A stretch of 63,177 nucleotides of DNA from Minisyncoccota bacterium. GTDB lineage: Bacteria; Patescibacteriota; Minisyncoccia; Phycocordibacterales; UBA12088. Position 1 is the first letter of the stretch. Each line of letters starts with the position of its first letter. Both the position numbers and the translations under genes were made by a program. The notes below the pieces were generated by a model, which ran no database searches, was not told the DNA's origin, and saw nothing but the letters and a program-made list of their open reading frames with translations. The stretch spans positions 1 to 63,177 of the forward strand of contig JAYRSE010000008.1 in the NCBI GenBank assembly GCA_041920275.1, given 5' to 3'. Positions 16,776 to 28,100 of this stretch are shown piece by piece.

Positions 16776-17621
16776 ATGGAGACAACATCACAAGAATCGA
16801 AGGTTGGGGGGAATGCGTGTTGCAGTGGCGACTCCACGCAGTTTGCACGTCTACAGGGTGCCGCCAAGCTCGTGCTCGTACTGCTTGCGGCGTTTCTGTT
16901 CGCGCAGACGTTGAATGCGCTCAAGGAGTACCGGTATATCGGAGGTGGTGTGGCTCCGACCAATGTGGTGAACGTTGCGGGCGAGGGGGAGGTATTCGCC
17001 ATCCCCGACACCGCACAGTTCAACTTCACCGTCCTGCGTGAAGGTCCAACCGCAAGTGAGGTGCAGCGCGGCGGCGCAGAAAAAGGTGCAGAGCTCGTAG
17101 CCGCACTCAAAGAAAAGGGGGTCGAGGAAAAGGACATCAAAACGGTCTCGTACCGTGTCGAGCCCAAGTACGAGTGGCAACCGAAGGCGTGCGTGACCTA
17201 TCCGTGCGATCGTAAGCAGGTGCAGGTCGGATTCACGCTCGAGCAGACCTTTGAGGTGAAGGTGCGCACCCTCGATTCCGCGGGCGATCTGCTTGCGCTC
17301 ATGAGCGAAAAAGGTGCGACCGGTGTGAGCAACATCTCGTTCACCGTGGCTGACGAGGATAATGTTCGAGCACAAGCTCGAAAGCTCGCCATTGAGGACG
17401 CGAGGAAAAAGGCGGAGCAACTCGCGAAAGACCTCGGTGTGTCGATGGTGCGTATCGTTGGTTACTACGAAAGCTCGCCGGAGACTCCCATGCCGTATGC
17501 GCGCATGATGAGCAAATCCGTCGAGGAAGATGAAGCGCTCGAAGCAATGCCTGCGGCCGTGGTGCCGGTGGGAGAGAATCGTTTCGTGAGCGCGGTGGAG
17601 GTGTTGTACGAAGTACGCTAG
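16776..17621 (+). CDS. SIMPL/DUF541-family secreted protein
   Basis: N-terminal TM (LVLVLLAAFLFAQTL) followed by the pattern V.GEGEV...PD.A.F.F.V, then DIKT.SY.V.P.Y, C-terminally ARKLAIEDARKKAEQLAKDLGV, and ending FVSAVEVLYEV. Confidence 0.75.
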   Translation: METTSQESKVGGNACCSGDSTQFARLQGAAKLVLVLLAAFLFAQTLNALKEYRYIGGGVAPTNVVNVAGEGEVFAIPDTAQFNFTVLREGPTASEVQRGGAEKGAELVAALKEKGVEEKDIKTVSYRVEPKYEWQPKACVTYPCDRKQVQVGFTLEQTFEVKVRTLDSAGDLLALMSEKGATGVSNISFTVADEDNVRAQARKLAIEDARKKAEQLAKDLGVSMVRIVGYYESSPETPMPYARMMSKSVEEDEALEAMPAAVVPVGENRFVSAVEVLYEVR

Positions 17622-17648
17622 GAAGCACACTTCGACGTAAGGTGTCGC

Positions 17649-17677
17649 AAAAACGAACGGCAACCCCGTTCGTTTTT
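17649..17677 (+). terminator. rho-independent terminator
   Basis: AAAAACGAACGG-CAACC-CCGTTCGTTTTT, a 12-bp stem ending in a T-run, lies 28 bp after the stop at 17621. Confidence 0.75.
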
Positions 17678-17885
17678 GGGTACCCGCTCACACGTTTCCG
17701 CGCGTCTTTACGGTAAATGATCGAAGGTTGACTTCGATCATATGCATGAGGGGTGGAGTGGGCTTTCGGTGTTTGACGCCGGCCATGTTGTGCGGTATCA
17801 TATTATCGACGGCCCTTGCGGGCGGTTTTTTAAAGGAGCGGTTCGCGACACCCCATTATTGTGGTACGATATTCGAACAACCACT

Positions 17886-18068
17886 ATGCAACGATTCATA
17901 AACTACCTACACGACACCCGCGGAGAGCTCAAGCATGTGAGCTGGCCGACGCAGCGACAGACGATCATGTATACCATTCTGGTCGTTCTTATTTCCGTTG
18001 TCACCTCGGTGTATTTGGGGTTGCTTGACATGCTCTTTACCAAAGGCCTTCGGTTCCTCGTCGGCTAG
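17886..18068 (+). CDS. secE: preprotein translocase subunit SecE
   Basis: 60 aa with ELKHVSWPTQRQT followed by one TM. The position upstream of nusG-rplK is conserved. I moved the start to the ATG at 17886. Confidence 0.8.
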   Translation: MQRFINYLHDTRGELKHVSWPTQRQTIMYTILVVLISVVTSVYLGLLDMLFTKGLRFLVG

Positions 18069-18090
18069 TTTTTAAGGACCATTAAACACC

Positions 18091-18636
18091 ATGGAAGACC
18101 ACATACAGCATGACGATCGCCGCTGGTATGCGATACATACCTACGCGGGTTATGAGAAGGCGGTACAACGCAACCTCAAGCAGCGTATCGAAAGTATGGG
18201 CATGGAAGACAAGATCTTCGACGTGGTCGTTCCCACGGAAAAGAAGATCAAGATAAAGGCGGGCAAGCGCGTGGAGGAGGAAGAAAAGATATATCCAGGA
18301 TATGTGCTCGTGAACATGGTGGTCGACGAGAACAGTTGGTATGTGGTGCGTAACACACCTCGTGTGACCGGATTCGTCGGTTCCGGGGTGGATCCCGTGC
18401 CGCTCGAGCAAAAAGAGATCGACGTGCTCTTCAAGCGTATGCGCTCGGATACGGTCAAACACAAGATCGACCTTGCGGTCGATGATGCGGTGGTCGTGGT
18501 CGATGGTCCATTCAAGGAACTTGAAGGGAAGGTGGGTGACGTGGATGAGGATCGTGGTAAGGTTAAGGTGCTCGTACCCATGTTCGGCCGCGAAACGCCG
18601 GTCGAGCTCGACTTCTTGCAAGTCCGCAGAATTTAA
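18091..18636 (+). CDS. nusG: transcription termination/antitermination factor NusG
   Basis: NGN domain (RWYAIHTYAGYEKAV...PGYVLVNM) and KOW motif (VVVVDGPFKELEGKVGDVDEDRGKVKVLVPMFGRETPVEL). Confidence 0.92.
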   Translation: MEDHIQHDDRRWYAIHTYAGYEKAVQRNLKQRIESMGMEDKIFDVVVPTEKKIKIKAGKRVEEEEKIYPGYVLVNMVVDENSWYVVRNTPRVTGFVGSGVDPVPLEQKEIDVLFKRMRSDTVKHKIDLAVDDAVVVVDGPFKELEGKVGDVDEDRGKVKVLVPMFGRETPVELDFLQVRRI

Positions 18637-18653
18637 GGTAGTATCCACCCACT

Positions 18654-19079
18654 ATGGCAAAGAAAGTCATCAAAAAGCAGGTCAAACTTCAGATCCCCGC
18701 AGGGAAGGCGAATCCCGCCCCTCCCATCGGCCCCGCGCTCGGTCAGGCCGGTATCAACATCGGTGATTTCGTGAACAAGTTCAACGAAGCCACTCGGGAC
18801 AAGATGGGTAGCATCATCCCTGTAGTTATATCGGTGTATGACGATCGTTCGTACGATTTCATTTGCAAGAAGTCTCCCGCCAGCAACCTCATACTCAAAC
18901 AGATCGGCAAAGAGAAGGGGTCGGGCAAGAATGTCGTATCGAAAGCCGGCACGATCACCAAGGACCAGCTTCGCACCATTGCCGAGGAAAAGATGGAGGA
19001 TCTCAATACGAACGATGTTGAGCAGGCGATGAAGATCATCGCGGGTACCGCTCGATCAATGGGTGTCGAGGTGCGCTAG
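18654..19079 (+). CDS. rplK: 50S ribosomal protein L11
   Basis: [34 protein letters not shown] is the L11 signature. The product is 141 aa. Confidence 0.95.
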   Translation: MAKKVIKKQVKLQIPAGKANPAPPIGPALGQAGINIGDFVNKFNEATRDKMGSIIPVVISVYDDRSYDFICKKSPASNLILKQIGKEKGSGKNVVSKAGTITKDQLRTIAEEKMEDLNTNDVEQAMKIIAGTARSMGVEVR

Positions 19080-19096
19080 TTTTCACAGGCACACAC

Positions 19097-19142
19097 AAAA
19101 AACAAACAACACGGACGAACCCGCCCATGTTGTTTGTTTTTT
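19097..19142. terminator. long AT-stem hairpin (bidirectional terminator candidate)
   Basis: AAAAAACAAACAACA - 16 nt - TGTTGTTTGTTTTTT, directly after rplK. No rplA follows. Confidence 0.6.
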
Positions 19143-19424
19143 GTAATGAAACGGGGTGAGATCATCGCTCGCTTGTAGAGCTTGCGGTCCTGAGGATCGT
19201 CTCGATCCTCGACCGGAGCTCCTCGATCTCGGCGGCTTGTTCAGCGATCCTCATTCTCCGGGTATTGCTTTTCTCCTCAAGCTCCGAAACATCCTCCTTG
19301 ACCGCGACCAGCCGTCTCGCGAAGTCGATACGGGTGAGTGGGCCGCACAGCCGATGCCTGCCTCGTGTGCAAAAATGGACTGCGTTCAGATCGTACGTGG
19401 GGAGTGCGTTGGTGTGTGTACACG

Positions 19425-21815
19425 CTAGATCGCATCACCTCCCCCCGGACTGCCGCCACCGAGCTCGGAGTACGGTCGCACCTGCAGTGCGTCGATACGG
19501 AGGACGTTGCTCTCCGGGTGCGCGATCACTCGCACCACGAAGTTGCCGTCGGTGAAGTACGAGGGGGTCCATGAGGTGCCCCACAGAGAACCTTGACCGC
19601 CTATGGTGTACACCTTGTCGTCTGCGGTGAGTATCGGGGTATGTATGCCCGTGGTGTAGCTCAGGCCGCCATCCCATGACAGCATGACCTCGACCGTGCC
19701 GCCCGACGCGTTTCCCGAGGCCTCGAGCCTGAGTGCGACTCCGGTTACCGTGCTGCCTCCCGGTACGTTGAAGCCGAACGTACTGTAGGTCTGCCGAGCG
19801 CCTTCGGTGCTCGAGGTGGCATAGCTGCCGTCGGAGCTGGTACCCTGCGAGCCATTCACCCACTCGTTCTCGTACAGTCCGGACACGTAGGGGGCGCGGA
19901 AGCCCGGTTCGTTGCCGATCTCCTCGTCGTTCCGGTCGGTTATCGCGTCTCCACTATCGCCCGCGCCACCGCTCACGGTGCTCGCGGAAGGGCCGACACC
20001 GCCTATGGGTTCGACGAGCGTGTTGGTGCCTCCGGTGATGCGCGCGCGAGCACGGAAGTGTTCCGCGGTGGTGACGGAGCCGAGCATGACCGGGGTCGTG
20101 TTGGAGACCGCGCCGAACGTGGTGTCCGTAAAGGACTCGAGGAGGAGGTCGATCGAGAGCATACTTGCGTAGTAGGAGCGGTCGATGTCCGCCACGACCA
20201 GGTAGTCTGCCGTCTCGGTGATCTCAACGTCCTCGTTGAACACGAAACCGCCGAACGCTCCCGGTGCATACGAGAAGGATCCGGCGGAGTCGAGCGCGAT
20301 GTCCCCCGCACTGAGCTCGCGGTCACCGTCAATGTCGCGGTAAAGGCGGATGTTCGTGACGTTGGAGGCGTCGATCTTGTGCGCTGTGGTGTTGGTGAAA
20401 GTGAGCGTGGTCGCTGTCGCTGTTTCTCCGGTCGGAGTGAGCGAGAACGCGAAGATGGGGATGTCGGTGCTGTTCAAGAAGAGGAACGCGTTCTGGACCT
20501 GACCTCCACTGTGGTCCGCAAGGGTGAGAGCACCGGTGATGCGCAAGGTCATCTCGTCGTACGCACTCGGAGCATCGCTCGTATCGCCGGTGGTGTGGAG
20601 CGCGAATCGCGAAGTGGTGGTCGAAATGGAAAGGAAGGAGCCGGCTTCAACACCCGCGATGACGAGCGAGTCGCCTCGGGCGAAGTTCTGGGTGACGTCG
20701 ATGACGAGCACGGTGTCGTTGTTCTCATAAGAAACGGTCGGGGCGACCTTTCCTGATGCGGTGCCGGTGAAAGAGAGAGTCGCGCCGGTGTCGAACCGGA
20801 AGTTCGTGGTGGTGGAGGCGATGCTGATGCGGATGTCGTTCACCGCAGTCGCCGTGGGTGAGGTGAGCGGCTCAATGAACGTGATGGTCTCGAGCGTGCT
20901 GGTGGATTGACCGGCGTAGAACTGCTGGTCGGAATCAGATGACAGAAAGGGAACATCGATGAGCCAATTGATGTTCCCCTCCGAATCGTAACAACCGCTC
21001 ACATTCGCCCTGCAGACAACGGTTCGGTCGTTCACATTGTATGAGTCTTGCACGTCTAGATTTGCGAGCGTGCGGGTACCTTGCGGATCGAGGTACCAGT
21101 AGGTGCCCGGTATGGTGGAGCGAAGCGCGAGCCGTGAAGTGCTCGCAAGTCCGGTAAAGTACCAATCGTTGGTGATCGTGGTCTTGGAACCGGCCTCGAA
21201 GGTGGTGGTCGCGGTGGTGGTCGCGACCTTGGTGAGGTTGTAGAAGGTGGTGCTTCCGGTGAGGGTCTGGTCGGCGCCCGTAAGGTATACGGTGCTGTGG
21301 TTCGGGGTGAGGGTGCCGAGGTTGGTGAGGTTGCCGGTGATCGAAAGTTGGGTGGTCGATGCTTCTTCCGTGCCGAGTGCAAGTGTTGCGCTCGGTGCGA
21401 TACCGAGTGCGGAAGTGGAGGCGTTTCCCGAAAGTACGGCCCCTGTGCCGGAAATAATGAGGTTGTTCCAACCGCTTTCACCGATCATGGTTCCGGAGAG
21501 GGTCCGCGTCGAGTCACCGTCGAATGTGGTGGTGCCGAGATGGGTAACGGTACCGTCGTTGGTGTAGTCGGTCCTGATCGTTGCCTCTTGCGAGATGGTG
21601 ACATGGGTGGTCGAAGAGACGGTGAACGCGAAACTCTGAGTGGAGCTACCGAGAAGGGGGGTGAGAAGGAGTAGGGCAACGAGCGAGCAGATGCACGTTC
21701 GGTACAACGAAGAAAACGAATGCCGGCCAATGGTGGAAACGGTACGCGTGGCGGTCTCGACGCATCGGGCGGTGTTGGTCTGTGGGCGTTGTTGCATGCA
21801 AGTGGAATGCCACAC
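19425..21815 (-). CDS. large secreted/surface protein (Thr/Ser/Gly-rich beta-repeat region, C-terminal beta-sandwich-like domain)
   Basis: 796 aa with an N-terminal signal/anchor (CSLVALLLLTPLLGSSTQSFA) and long T/S/G-rich low-complexity beta-strand-like segments. The C-terminal 170 aa (GFNVPGGSTVTGVALRLEASGNASGGTVEVMLSWDGG...) look globular. An alternative start is the ATG at 21797. Confidence 0.7.
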   Translation of the reverse strand: MWHSTCMQQRPQTNTARCVETATRTVSTIGRHSFSSLYRTCICSLVALLLLTPLLGSSTQSFAFTVSSTTHVTISQEATIRTDYTNDGTVTHLGTTTFDGDSTRTLSGTMIGESGWNNLIISGTGAVLSGNASTSALGIAPSATLALGTEEASTTQLSITGNLTNLGTLTPNHSTVYLTGADQTLTGSTTFYNLTKVATTTATTTFEAGSKTTITNDWYFTGLASTSRLALRSTIPGTYWYLDPQGTRTLANLDVQDSYNVNDRTVVCRANVSGCYDSEGNINWLIDVPFLSSDSDQQFYAGQSTSTLETITFIEPLTSPTATAVNDIRISIASTTTNFRFDTGATLSFTGTASGKVAPTVSYENNDTVLVIDVTQNFARGDSLVIAGVEAGSFLSISTTTSRFALHTTGDTSDAPSAYDEMTLRITGALTLADHSGGQVQNAFLFLNSTDIPIFAFSLTPTGETATATTLTFTNTTAHKIDASNVTNIRLYRDIDGDRELSAGDIALDSAGSFSYAPGAFGGFVFNEDVEITETADYLVVADIDRSYYASMLSIDLLLESFTDTTFGAVSNTTPVMLGSVTTAEHFRARARITGGTNTLVEPIGGVGPSASTVSGGAGDSGDAITDRNDEEIGNEPGFRAPYVSGLYENEWVNGSQGTSSDGSYATSSTEGARQTYSTFGFNVPGGSTVTGVALRLEASGNASGGTVEVMLSWDGGLSYTTGIHTPILTADDKVYTIGGQGSLWGTSWTPSYFTDGNFVVRVIAHPESNVLRIDALQVRPYSELGGGSPGGGDAI

Positions 21816-22127
21816 ACTGAAGTGCGTGGTGTGTGTGCTCTACAACAGTATATCATCCGCATACGAGCATAGGGTATCGGTCCAACGGTGACATGTGGAT
21901 ACATCTCGTTCGAGCTCCGATACCGAGCATACCTCGACGAACTTCCGGACGTTTGCACGATCTTGCTCTCGCGCGCTTCCCATCACTCGCCGGAAGGTGA
22001 CAGTGCTCGGTGACCGTGCATGCCGAATCGGTGCGCCTTGAATGGTGTACCGATCGTATCCGTTCGTCCGAGAGTGCACCGATTGTGCACAGTATTCTTT
22101 TTTTGTGGTCGGGTGTATGCTGCGTGT

Positions 22128-25100
22128 ATGGAAGAAAAAGTGGGCATCGATGAGTCGGTGCAGGGAGCGGTCTCTGCCGGGACTGTCGTACCTGCTGCGG
22201 TCGCGAGGGTGCGTGCGTGGTCCTTGGAAGTGTGGTCTCGCGTCAAGGCGATCCGTTTCTCACGCACGACGCTTTTGTACGGACTCGCGGGTGTCGCATT
22301 TGTTGCTGTTGCCGGTGCGGGAGTGGTGTGGTACCTGCGGACTTTCCAAGACCCCGCATGGTACGCGTACAGCGAAGTGTACCGTTTGGTGCCCGAGACC
22401 GTGTCGGCAAGTGCGGGCATCACCATATCACTTCCCGAAGAGGCGCCTCAGGCGACCGAGCAAGCGATCACCATCACTCCGGAGATCTCAGGTACCTTCG
22501 TCGCCTCTCATGAGGAGCGAGTACTGCGCTTTCAACCGGCCGAGCCACTCGCGGTCGGCTCATACTACACGGTCGCATTCGCGCAAGGGGACCTTGCCCT
22601 TGCGGCCGACCTCTTGGTCGTGGACGACCCGCACATCGTTTCCATTCTCCCAAGTGCGGATGCGGAAGTGCACGAAGCTACGGAAGTATCGGTCATCTTC
22701 AACCGCCCCATGGTGCCGATCTCTTCACGGGCGATCATGGATGAGGAAGCCGTGCCGGTGCGCCTCGAACCCTCCGTGCCGGGTACGTGGCAGTGGAAGA
22801 GCACGCGTCTCTTGCAGTTCACCCCCGAGGAGGACCTGGTGCGCGGTACGACATACACCGTTACCGTGAACGAGGGGTTCCGCTCGCTCGACGGGGTTGC
22901 GGTGCCCGGCTTCTCGCATTCTTTCACCACGCGCACCCTGAAGCATGAAGCGCCACCCTCCACGGTGCGTTTTGATTCGCCGCTTGAGATCGTGTTCAAC
23001 CAGGAGGTGGACCTGTCACGCACCGCAGCGGAGGTGAAGCTGTTTCGGAACGGAGAGGAAGTGGAGCCGATCGTGTCGTACGCAAGTGTGGAAGAGGAGG
23101 GAAAGGGACTGTTCGGTCTCACACTTTTCAGTCGGGGTGGCAAGGTGGACAAGACGCGCCTGTGGGTGCGCCCCAAAGAGGACATGCATGGACGAGAAGG
23201 GTTCTGGGATTTCGGGCAAACGTACGACCTTTCCATCCCGAACCAGTATCCGGCCGAAGGCGACATCGTGAACGAAGAGGGCATCACCTGGAACTATGCG
23301 ATACCCGAGGTACTTTCTTCGCTCGCCGCCGTTTCGAAACGTTCCGATCATGTGGAGCCCATGTTCTTCGATCCCGAGGGTGAGCTGGTGGCCACATTCT
23401 TTGAGCCCATCGACCTTGCGCGTACGAAACTTTTGCTCGAAGGTGTGCGTCATGTCGCCTATGGTACGGAATGCAGAACGACCGAAGAGGGGAGGTCGAT
23501 CATGGACCCTGAAAGCGGCACGTGCGTGACGCAAGAGAACAAGAAGGAGCTTCGGATCACGGTTGACCCTTCCGCCTATCCGCGTGGAAAAGAGACGACC
23601 ATCACCTTTGAGCGCGTGGTGAGCGAGGAGGGTCTTGAGCTTGCGCGTGATCCGATCGTGGGTACGGTGCGTACGGTACCGGACCTCGTTATCTACAAAA
23701 CGGTGCCCGAAACGAGCAGTACCACCGCAGCACTCAATCGCTTTACGATATGCTCCAACACTCCGCTTGCGCGCCCCGAGTCGATGCGCGACATGTTCCG
23801 CACCGAGGGGTATGTCGTGTATCCCGATCGACCGTGGCGCCCGTCCTATCGTGTCTCATGGCACCAAGATAGCTGCAACATCGGTGAATTCGAAACAAGT
23901 GTCGAGTATGGTCTTCACCCTGAGCGCGGTTATGAGTTTGCGCTTTCGATCACCGATGCGTTCGGTGCGCGGTATTCAGGAGATGTGCGCTTCACCACGA
24001 GAGCGGTGCCGAGCATATACACGCGTTTTCACAACATGCAGAAGTGGTACAACGTGACCGTGCCCGGCAAGACCCGACTCACCTACGCGGTCGAAAATCT
24101 GCCCGCGGTTGCCGTACAGGTGTGCAAGGTTTCACCGGAGACGATGTTGCGCGTGCTCGATGGCCTCGCTCTGGGCAACAAGTTTCCCGATGCCACGCTG
24201 TGCGAGTCCTCCCGTTTGGTCCCGATCGACCTGCCGGATACATACTGGGTCAACAACTATTTCCACTTCGATATCAAGGATCACGTTGAGGACGTACGTG
24301 GGCACTACATCCTCACCTTCACGCACGCGAATTTCCGAGACGAGCGGGGTGTCCAGCGGTACGACCACACGCTCCTTTCCGTTTCCAACCTCACTGTGGG
24401 AGAAAAAAGCGCACAACGCAACTCATGGGGTGAGACCAGTGCGCGCATCTCCGAAAGCACCGCGCGCGATCTCTACTGGGTGCTCGGTGCGAACACGCTC
24501 GATCCCATCTTTGGAGCACAGGTCACTTCGTATGTGGCGGGAATCGAAGAAGAGGAGAACACGCGTGGGGTGCTCACTCGGCATGCACAGGGCACGACCG
24601 ACAGCGATGGTGTCGCGCGTTTGCAAGCGGTTAAGAACACCCGCGGGGCGGTTGTCAGGTTCGGAGGTGACACTGCCGTCGTGTCCGCACGCACTGACAC
24701 GCTCATGCGAGCGTGGGGGTCGAGTGGAGAGTTGCGCACGTACCTCTATACCGACCGTCCGATCTATCGACCGGGAGACAGCGTGCATGTGCGCGGTATC
24801 GACCGAGTCGGTTCCGATCAGAAATGGCAGGTGACCGAAGGGTACACGACCACGCTCAAGGTCATCGATAGCAGAGGTGAGGCCATACACACCGAGCCGC
24901 TCACCGTGTCGCGCTACGGTACGTTCGACACCACCGTTACACTTCCCGCGGACGCTTCGCTCGGCGGGTATTCAATCCAAACGTCCGACAACGGGTACGG
25001 GTGGTTCGAAGTCGAGGAGTATGCTCCCGCGCCATTCAAGGCGGAGGTGACTCCGGTCGAGGCGGAGTACGTTGCGGGAGACAAGGCCATCTTCGACCTT

Positions 25101-28100
25101 TCCGCACGCTACTACTTTGACATGCCGGTCGCGGATGCCTCGGTCGAGTACACCGTACTCGCTCAAGACTACCACTTCGATCGGTATGTCGATGAGTACT
25201 TCAGTTTCGGCAAGGGTTGGTACTCATGCTATTGGTGCGGGTACGGTGACTCGTTCATTACCCGAGGTACGGTCACTTTGGATGCGGAAGGTGCGGGGCG
25301 TGTGGAGGTACCGCTCGATTTCGCGATGCAGTTCGAGAACCCTGACAAGGAAGGCAGTAAGGTCTATACACTCATCGCTCGCGTGACCGATCGAAGTGGC
25401 AAGCAGATCGCGGCACAGAATTCGGTGATCGTACATCGTGGCGAGTACTACCTGGGAGCCAAGGTGGAGCCGTATGTGCTGGGTGCGGGGCAGGACGCCA
25501 AGATCCGTGTAAAGAGCGTTGACACCCAAGGCAAGCCGGTATCGCTCGACGGTGTTTCCCTTACCGTGTTTCGCTCCACGTGGGAGTCCTTCAAGCGGCG
25601 AGAAGTGGATGGTGGATACTACTGGCACTCCGAAGAAGTGCGCACGCCGGTCTTTACCGAGCGGGTGCGTACCGACAAAGACGGCAACGCATCCGTCACT
25701 CGCTCATTAACGGAGCCCGGTTCCTATGTGGTCACGGTCGAGCGCGTCGACAGTAAAAAGAATCCGATCCAAGCCGAAACGAGTTTCTATGTGTGGGGCG
25801 AGGGTGATGTGTCCGTGCGACCGATGAACAACGAGTCGCTCACGGTGGTCGCCGACCGTCCTTCGTACCGTTCGGGGGAGGAAGCGACCATTCTTGCGGA
25901 GTCGCCGTTTTCTCGCGGTCGCGCACTGGTCACGGTCGAGCGAGGTGATATCTACCAGCACTGGAGCGTGCCGGTTTCGGGTGGTTTTGTGCGACAGACC
26001 ATTCCGCTTGTTCCCTCGTACACACCCACCGTACACGCATCGGTCCTTTTGGTGGGTCCGGGCCCCGAGGTAAAGTATGGCAGCATACCTTTGCAGGTGA
26101 ACACCGACGAATACACCCTTGGGGTCGAAGCGACTCCCGACAAACGCGCCTACCTGCCCGGCGAGGATGTGGTGCTTACCGTTCGCACCAAAGACGCGAA
26201 GGGTGCGCCCGTCTCGGCGGAGGTGTCTCTTGCGGTCGTTGATCTTTCCGTTCTTGCACTTGTGGGAAATCCGAAAAAAGACCCGGTCGGTTTCTTCTAT
26301 GGCGGAGTGCCACTCGGTATATCGACCGCACACAGCGCAAAGAACATGCTTGTCGAGATGGACATACCGGCGGGCACCAAAGGTGGTGGCGGTGGCGAGG
26401 ACCTCGAGCGTCGTAAGCGGGGTGAGTTCAAAGACACGGCCCACTGGAGTGCGCGGGTGGTCACGAATGAAGCGGGTGAGGCGACCGTGCGCTTCACGCT
26501 GCCCGACAATCTCACCACCTGGCAGGTCGAGTCGCTCGGGGTCACTCCGGATACGCGTCTCGGGGTGCACTACACCGAGTTCACCAGCAAAAAGCGCCTT
26601 ATGGCCATACCGATACGTCCGCGCTTCGTGGTGCCCGGCGATACGCTTTCGCTCGGGATGCAGATCATGAACAACACCGATGAGTCGGTAACGGTACGAG
26701 CGCGCATCACCTCGAACACGCTTACCGTGCGAGACGCCGAAGAGCGTACCGTGCGTGTGCCGGCCGGTGGTCAAGAGATCGCTTACTTCGACACAGAGGC
26801 ACCGGTCGACTATGATCAGGGTTCGCATACGGTCACGTTCCATGCGGTTTCGGATGGTACCGAGGATGTGGTGGAAGGGGTGATACCGATTCGCTCCACG
26901 GGTGCCTACGAGGTGACCGCGACCGCGGGGATGACGAGCGGCACGTCGGTGACCGAGTCGGTGTACGTGCCGAGTTACGCACTTGCAGGCAGAGGTGAGC
27001 TCACTGTGCAAGCGCAGGCCACGCTCGTGGGCTCGCTCCTCTCCGTGGTGAAGCACATGGCCGAGTACCCGTACGGATGCAGCGAGCAGATCGCAAGTCG
27101 ACTCGCTTCGCTTTCGACGATCACGCATGTCGGCGCACTTTTCGGCAAAGACGCAATGCAGATGGCGGATACGGTCGTGTTCGGCACCACGACCTACTCG
27201 CTCGATGAGGCGGTGCGTGCGGGGCTGCGTGAGCTTCTGGGGAGGCAGCGGTACGACGGAGGCTTCTCGTTCTATGTGGGCACCGACGCGAGTGTGCACC
27301 TCACGGTCGAGGTGCTCTCCGCGCTTACGGTCGTGCGTGACGCCGGCTACGAGGTGCCCGATCAAGTGTTTGCTCGAGGTGCGGCGTATGTGGTGCGTGA
27401 GATCACCGAGGAAGGATGGACGCTTGATGACCCCGACACGCTCGCGCGGGTCGTATACGCGCTTTCTTCACCCTATGTGCCCGCAAAAGAGCGAGTACCA
27501 TTCGTCTCTCATGTCGAAAAGCTTGCTCGAGACCCACTTGCGATGGAGCGTTTGAACACGCTCGCACTCGGGTATCTCACACTTGCGACAGGTAAGGCAC
27601 CGTACCGGAAAGAGATCGCCGATCTGTTCTTCAAGACGCTTGAGAACCGCTTGGTCATTGACGCGCGCGGAGCGTACGTGAAGGGACTGCGTGACGAGAC
27701 ATACAGTTGGTTCGAGAGCAATGAAAAGAACACCGCACTGTTCGTGCTTGCGGTTGCGGAGCGGGGAGGTGAACATGTCGCGCTCGAAAATACGCTCCGT
27801 TGGCTCAAGCGCGGCCTGCGAGACGAAGGTGGGTGGGGCTCGACCAATACGACCGCAAGTGTCCTCAATGCCGCGGTGCGGCTCGCACAGGTGCGTAAAG
27901 AGCATACCGCCGTGTTCGACATGGTGCTCACCAAGAACGTGACGGAGGCCGCTCGGTATTCGGTGGGGCCCGCGACCCTCATGGGTACCCTCACCCACGC
28001 CTTCCCGCTCGACATCTTCGCGCGCAATCGTATCGAGCGTGTTTCACTCCGCAAGGAAGGGGAAGCCGGTGCTGGCAGTATGTACTACGAGATGCAGCTA

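Noticed and set aside
25707-27365. 552-aa ORF antisense to the alpha-2-macroglobulin gene.
   Set aside because: It lies entirely inside a well-supported 2166-aa gene on the other strand. Its R/H/G-rich composition is typical of antisense frames in high-GC coding DNA.
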